Source: Clostridiales bacterium (GTDB lineage Bacteria; Bacillota; Clostridia; Lachnospirales; Lachnospiraceae). From it: DNA of 64,000 nucleotides. The notes below the pieces were generated by a model. The model was not told where the DNA came from. It worked only from the letters and a program-made list of their open reading frames with translations, and made no database searches. Shown one piece after another: positions 59,740 to 64,000 of the stretch. Where the stretch lies: positions 8,549 through 72,548 of the forward strand of contig JAJQAC010000018.1 of NCBI GenBank assembly GCA_021204025.1, read 5' to 3'. A program made the position numbers and the translations under genes. Within the stretch, counting starts at the first letter, position 1. The number at the start of each line of letters is the position of its first letter.

Positions 59740-59869
59740 AATAGAAGTGAAAACGCATCTTGCGTAAACGCTCTATTCATGTTAAAGTAAATGACTATAT
59801 GATTTTGTTACAGAGAGAAAATCCTTCCTGTGAAAGAAAACAGGAAGAGATGAAGAAGGGAGACCTGTT

Positions 59870-61111
59870 ATGTCAGTTTTTTCAGCTGCGGATATTCTGC
59901 TGCCCAGGGAAGCGCCATATGAGACCTGGGCAGTAATTGCCTGCGACCAGTTTACCTCTCAGCCGGAGTATTGGAAGCGGGTGCGGGAATATGTCGGGGA
60001 ATATCCGTCCACAGTGAATCTGATCTTACCGGAGGCGGAGCTGGGCTCTCCGGATGAAGAGGAGAAAATTGCGCGGATTCGGGAAACCATGCGGAAATAT
60101 GAGAAAACGGGAATATTGGAAACCTACAGAGACTCGATGATCTATGTGGAGCGCACCCTGCAAAACGGGAGCATCCGCAGGGGAGTGATCGGAAAGATCG
60201 ATCTGGAGGCCTTTGATTATCATAAAGGATCCGATTCCCTGATCCGTTCTACGGAGGAGACCGTGCTGGAGCGGATTCCGCCCAGGATGCGGATCCGGCG
60301 TGGCGCGTCGATGGAATTTCCTCATATCCTGCTTTTGTGTGATGATTCGGAACGGGTTTTGATCGAACCGGTAGCGGAGATTAAGGATACGCTGACAAAG
60401 CTGTATGATTTTGATCTGATGGAGGATGGCGGACATATCGCGGGTTGGTTGCTGGACGCGGAAAGCAAGGCTGCATTTGACGGACGGCTGACGGGATATG
60501 CAGCCTCAATCGGAGATAAATATCAGGATCTGGAAGGTGTGCCGATGCTTTTTGCCATGGGTGACGGCAATCACTCGCTGGCGACGGCAAAGGCCTGTTA
60601 TGAGGAATTGAAGGAGGCTCATCCGGGAGAGGATCTGTCCAGGCACCCGGCTCGTTACGCGTTGGTTGAGCTGGAAAATATTCATGATGATTCCCTGGTT
60701 TTTGAACCGATTCACCGGATTGTGACCGGCACAGATGCCGGTGCGCTGCTTGCTCAGCTGAAGTCTGATTGCTGTGCGGATGGCGGTTATCCGGTACGCT
60801 GGTACATAGGGAATGAGAGCGGCATGATTACTCTTGATCGTGCGAAAAGCGAGCTTGCGGTTGGGGTTCTGCAGGGATTCCTTGATGAATATCTGAAAGA
60901 TCATCCGGGGAAGATCGATTATATTCACGGAGATGATACATTGAGGGAACTGGCAAAAGCAGAAAACTCGATCGGCTTTTTACTGCCGGCGATGGAAAAA
61001 AGCCAGTTGTTCCGCGGAGTGATCGCGGATGGTGCGCTGCCGAGGAAAACCTTTTCCATGGGGCATGCGCAGGAAAAACGATATTATCTGGAGGGAAGAT
61101 CCATCGAGTAA
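59870..61111 (+). CDS. DUF1015-family protein
   Basis: 413 aa. N-terminal ILLPREAPYETWAVIACDQFTSQPEYW and MGDGNHSLATAK are typical of DUF1015. Confidence 0.7.
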   Translation: MSVFSAADILLPREAPYETWAVIACDQFTSQPEYWKRVREYVGEYPSTVNLILPEAELGSPDEEEKIARIRETMRKYEKTGILETYRDSMIYVERTLQNGSIRRGVIGKIDLEAFDYHKGSDSLIRSTEETVLERIPPRMRIRRGASMEFPHILLLCDDSERVLIEPVAEIKDTLTKLYDFDLMEDGGHIAGWLLDAESKAAFDGRLTGYAASIGDKYQDLEGVPMLFAMGDGNHSLATAKACYEELKEAHPGEDLSRHPARYALVELENIHDDSLVFEPIHRIVTGTDAGALLAQLKSDCCADGGYPVRWYIGNESGMITLDRAKSELAVGVLQGFLDEYLKDHPGKIDYIHGDDTLRELAKAENSIGFLLPAMEKSQLFRGVIADGALPRKTFSMGHAQEKRYYLEGRSIE

Positions 61112-61219
61112 GAAGCACAGATTGTAAATGCAGGAGGCGATTGTGGGCTCAGGTAGTGTGAAACTACAGGCTTTTCCCTTTCGTGGCGTCCGGTTAGATA
61201 AGAATGAAGGAGGAATAAG

Positions 61220-61642
61220 ATGCGGTCCTGGTGGGATAAAACAAGATGGAAACTGATCGCCTGGATGCAGGGGCGCTATGGTCAGTATGGTTCTGATCAG
61301 TTGTCCGATCATCTGACGAGAGCGGGTATGATTCTGATGATACTTTCGATTTTCAGACCTTTGCGGATGCTTTATGGCATTGCTTTTGTGCTGGTATTTT
61401 ATTCCGTCTTTCGTCTGTGTTCCAAAAATTTCCGGGCACGGCAGCGCGAACTCTATCATTATGAACGGCTGATGCAAAAGCCGCGCGGCTACGTAAAATT
61501 ATGGAAACTCAGGATCAAAGAGCGCGATACCAGTCGCTTTTATCGCTGCAAATGTGGAGCGATCATCCGCGTTCCGAAGGGAAGGGGAAAGATTGAGATT
61601 ACCTGCAGGAAATGTGGAAAGCGCATGATTAAAAGAACTTGA
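61220..61642 (+). CDS. Membrane protein with C-terminal zinc-ribbon
   Basis: 140 aa with AGGAGG RBS, two TM helices, then CKCGAIIRVP...CRKCGKRM. Confidence 0.55.
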   Translation: MRSWWDKTRWKLIAWMQGRYGQYGSDQLSDHLTRAGMILMILSIFRPLRMLYGIAFVLVFYSVFRLCSKNFRARQRELYHYERLMQKPRGYVKLWKLRIKERDTSRFYRCKCGAIIRVPKGRGKIEITCRKCGKRMIKRT

Positions 61643-61656
61643 GGAGATGAAAAACA

Positions 61657-63036
61657 ATGAGTGACAAACAGACTAACGCATCAGAAAACAAGATGGGCGT
61701 CATGCCCGTCAATCGCCTGCTGATCACCATGGCTCTGCCGATGATGGTTTCCATGCTGGTACAGGCGCTCTATAATGTTGTTGACAGTATCTTTGTGGCA
61801 AGGATATCGGAGGAAGCTCTGACGGCGGTCTCCATGGCCTTTCCGATGCAGAACCTGCTGATCGGCCTGGGAACCGGCCTGGGAGTCGGTACCAATGCGT
61901 TGCTCTCGCGCAATCTGGGTGAGAAGAAATACCGGGAAGCAAATCAGATGGCAATGCACGGGATATTTCTCTGCCTGTGCGGATTCGTGATTTTTCTGGT
62001 GCTTGGACAGACTATCGCGAGGGGATTTTTTGTTCTGCAGGGGGCGAGCGACGCAATTGCGGATTATGGGCATGATTATCTGTCAGTAGTAATGTGTTTC
62101 AGTTTTGGCATTTTTATGGAAGTTATTTTTGAGAGACTCCTGCAGTCAACAGGAAAGACCTTTTATACGATGATTACGCAGGGAAGCGGAGCGATTACGA
62201 ATATCATTCTTGATCCGATCCTGATTTTCGGCCTTTTTGGAGCTCCAAAAATGGGAATTGCCGGGGCTGCCTATGCCACAGTGGCGGGGCAGATTCTGGC
62301 GGCGATTCTTGCGATTACATTTAATTTCCGGGTCAATAAAGAGATTCAGATCAGTCTGAAAGAATTCCGGCCAAAACTGCGGTCGATTGCCAATATTCTT
62401 TATATCGGTGTTCCGTCGGTGCTTATGGTAGCGATTGGGTCGGTGATGACGTTCAGTGTGAATAAGATACTGGTTGTATTTTCGTCTACGGCAGTAGCAG
62501 TTTTCGGTGTGTACTATAAACTTCAGAGCTTTGCGTTTATGCCGGTCTTTGGTCTGAATAACGGCATGGTGCCGATCATTGCGTATAATTACGGAGCGAG
62601 AAAGCCGGATCGGATCACAAAGACGGTAAAATGCGGAGTGTTGTATGCGGAGATAATCATGCTGATTGCCTTTGGTCTGATGCAGTTTATGCCGGAAGAA
62701 CTGATGATGTTGTTCAGTGCGTCGGAAGAGATGATGGGGATCGGTGTCCCGGCATTGCGGACAATCAGTTTTCATTTCCTGATGGCAGGATTCAGCGTGA
62801 TTGCGTCGTCTTATTTTCAGGCCATGGGAAACGGAATTTACAGTATGATGGTTTCGATATGCCGTCAGATGATATTTCTGGTTCCGCTGGTGTATATCCT
62901 TTCTCGCAGCGGAGTGGTCTCGTATGTATGGTTCGCGTGGCCGATCGCTGAACTAGCTTCGGTGGCATGCTGTACGTTCTTTATATCCAGGATTAATCGT
63001 AACGTTTTGCAGCCGATGAGAAAAGAAAGCCAATAA
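61657..63036 (+). CDS. MATE-family efflux transporter (4 of 4)
   Basis: 459 aa with LITMALPMMVSMLVQALYNVVDSIFVA and a 12-TM profile. Confidence 0.88.
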   Translation: MSDKQTNASENKMGVMPVNRLLITMALPMMVSMLVQALYNVVDSIFVARISEEALTAVSMAFPMQNLLIGLGTGLGVGTNALLSRNLGEKKYREANQMAMHGIFLCLCGFVIFLVLGQTIARGFFVLQGASDAIADYGHDYLSVVMCFSFGIFMEVIFERLLQSTGKTFYTMITQGSGAITNIILDPILIFGLFGAPKMGIAGAAYATVAGQILAAILAITFNFRVNKEIQISLKEFRPKLRSIANILYIGVPSVLMVAIGSVMTFSVNKILVVFSSTAVAVFGVYYKLQSFAFMPVFGLNNGMVPIIAYNYGARKPDRITKTVKCGVLYAEIIMLIAFGLMQFMPEELMMLFSASEEMMGIGVPALRTISFHFLMAGFSVIASSYFQAMGNGIYSMMVSICRQMIFLVPLVYILSRSGVVSYVWFAWPIAELASVACCTFFISRINRNVLQPMRKESQ

Positions 63037-63272
63037 CCTATCAGGAGTTATGTTATATACGAAGAGTCTGTCTCTGCGGGGGAAGAATATCCTCCGAGGA
63101 CCGTTCGCACTTAGGTTTTCACGTAGCGGTACTCCATATAACGTGTCACTGGCACGTTATATGGATACTAAGGCATAAACTCACCGGAAAAGCATCCGGT
63201 TCGTTAAGTGCCGACGTGAAAAATGTCCTCTGCGGATATTCTTCCCCCGCAGAGACTACTTTGCTGGCATAT
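63037..63272. repeat. Composite hairpin repeat region (same family as 20860..21105)
   Basis: TCTCTGCGGGGGAAGAATATCC (63071..) and CTCTGCGGATATTCTTCCCCCGCAGAGA (63229..) lie in opposite orientations. They flank CCATATAACGTG...CACGTTATATGG and related modules. Confidence 0.85.
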
Positions 63273-63478
63273 GTAATATAACTTATCGGAAGCTCCGTCA
63301 GGAACTTTCGATAAAAGGCGCATGCTTTTGCGCCGCAAATCTGATTATGGGGTTCTGTGTTAGCAGGTTCCCATAATATAACTTATCGAAAGTTGCATCA
63401 GCATCTGCCGATAAAAAGTGCATACTTTTGCGCCGTAAATCTGATTATAGGGTTCTGCGTAGCAGGTTCTCATAATAT
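63273..63478 (+). repeat. Two tandem copies of an approximately 100 bp hairpin-rich unit upstream of kduI
   Basis: TAATATAACTTATCG...GCGCCG(C/T)AAATCTGATTAT(G/A)GGGTTCTG..TAGCAGGTTC.CATAATAT begins at 63273 and again at 63373, and a third partial start lies at 63472. Confidence 0.9.
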
Positions 63479-63580
63479 GGATTCTTCCTTGCCATATTGG
63501 GAAAAAAAGATTATAATGAATGATAACAGAGTCCGGGGGGATCTGAAATAATCGAAACGAAGCAAATGGAGGTAAGGACG

Positions 63581-64000
63581 ATGGATATTCGGTATTCCGC
63601 TAACCAGAAAGATTTTAAGCGTTATACCACAGAGGAGACCAGAAAAGAATTTCTGATCGAAAATCTGTATGTTTCGGATGAGGTAGTAGCTGTGTATTCT
63701 CATGTTGACCGCATGGTGACACTGGGATGTATGCCGGTGAATGAGGTGGTTCCGATCGATAAAGGGATTGATATATGGGCAAATTTCGGCACCCATTATT
63801 TCCTCGAGAGAAGAGAGATTGGGATCTTTAATATCGGCGGAGCCGGTACAATTGTCGCGGACAATGAGACCTTTTCGATGGGGTATAAGGATTGTGTATA
63901 CATAACCAAGGGTACTAAAAATGTGACGTTTGCCAGTGCAGATCCGGCGAAACCGGCGAAGTTTTATATGGTGAGCGCGCCGGCGCACAAGTCCTGTAAG
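63581..64000 (+). CDS. kduI: 5-dehydro-4-deoxy-D-glucuronate isomerase, N-terminal 140 aa (runs off the right edge)
   Basis: Not in the ORF track because no stop lies in the window. My translation is MDIRYSANQKDFKRYTTEETRKEFLIENLYVSDEVVAVYSHVDRMVTLG...YFLERREIGIFNIGGAGTI...FYMVSAPAH. It closely parallels E. coli KduI. GGAGG RBS. Confidence 0.88.
   Translation, partial: MDIRYSANQKDFKRYTTEETRKEFLIENLYVSDEVVAVYSHVDRMVTLGCMPVNEVVPIDKGIDIWANFGTHYFLERREIGIFNIGGAGTIVADNETFSMGYKDCVYITKGTKNVTFASADPAKPAKFYMVSAPAHKSCK

Noticed and set aside
63273-63478. Tandem repeats at 63273..63478 and 48341..48410 as CRISPR arrays
   Set aside because: The units are directly adjacent or the whole 100 bp unit repeats. 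There are no unique spacers between conserved repeats and no cas genes nearby.

Overview
This is a 64 kb chromosomal window of roughly balanced GC. It has strong GGAGG ribosome-binding sites and Firmicutes/Clostridia-type gene content: AddAB, GlgCD, SigA, HPr with His15/Ser46, an ECF FolT behind a THF riboswitch, NfnAB and many MATE pumps. By inference it comes from a gut Lachnospiraceae-like organism. Most of it is ordinary housekeeping. The named genes are nadE, a TrmH-family methylase, NfeD/SPFH, argF, birA, mutY, rpoD, queH, ptsH, gltBD, folT, mrp, pyrG, ftsH, addBA, glgCD, nfnAB and kduI. There is also a beta-glucoside/cellobiose locus with two GH1 enzymes, a LicR-type regulator and PTS IIC/IIA/IIB. 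I saw no rRNA, tRNA, CRISPR array, transposase, integrase or recognisable defence system. Seven things are worth a second look. (1) An uncharacterised NifU-like + GGGtGRT gene pair with its own terminator lies between nfnAB and a third GltD-type oxidoreductase. (2) Several families of mosaic multi-hairpin intergenic repeats recur downstream of at least eight genes, and module orientation is shuffled between copies. (3) mutY carries an in-frame TAG. (4) A MATE transporter is fused to a cytidylate-kinase-like domain and sits behind a terminator-containing leader. (5) A ThyX-fold protein lacks the ThyX catalytic motif. (6) Two tandem-repeat tracts lie in promoter regions. (7) A THF riboswitch has a clear SD-sequestering platform. 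All calls come from reading the sequence and ORF translations by eye. No searches were run.
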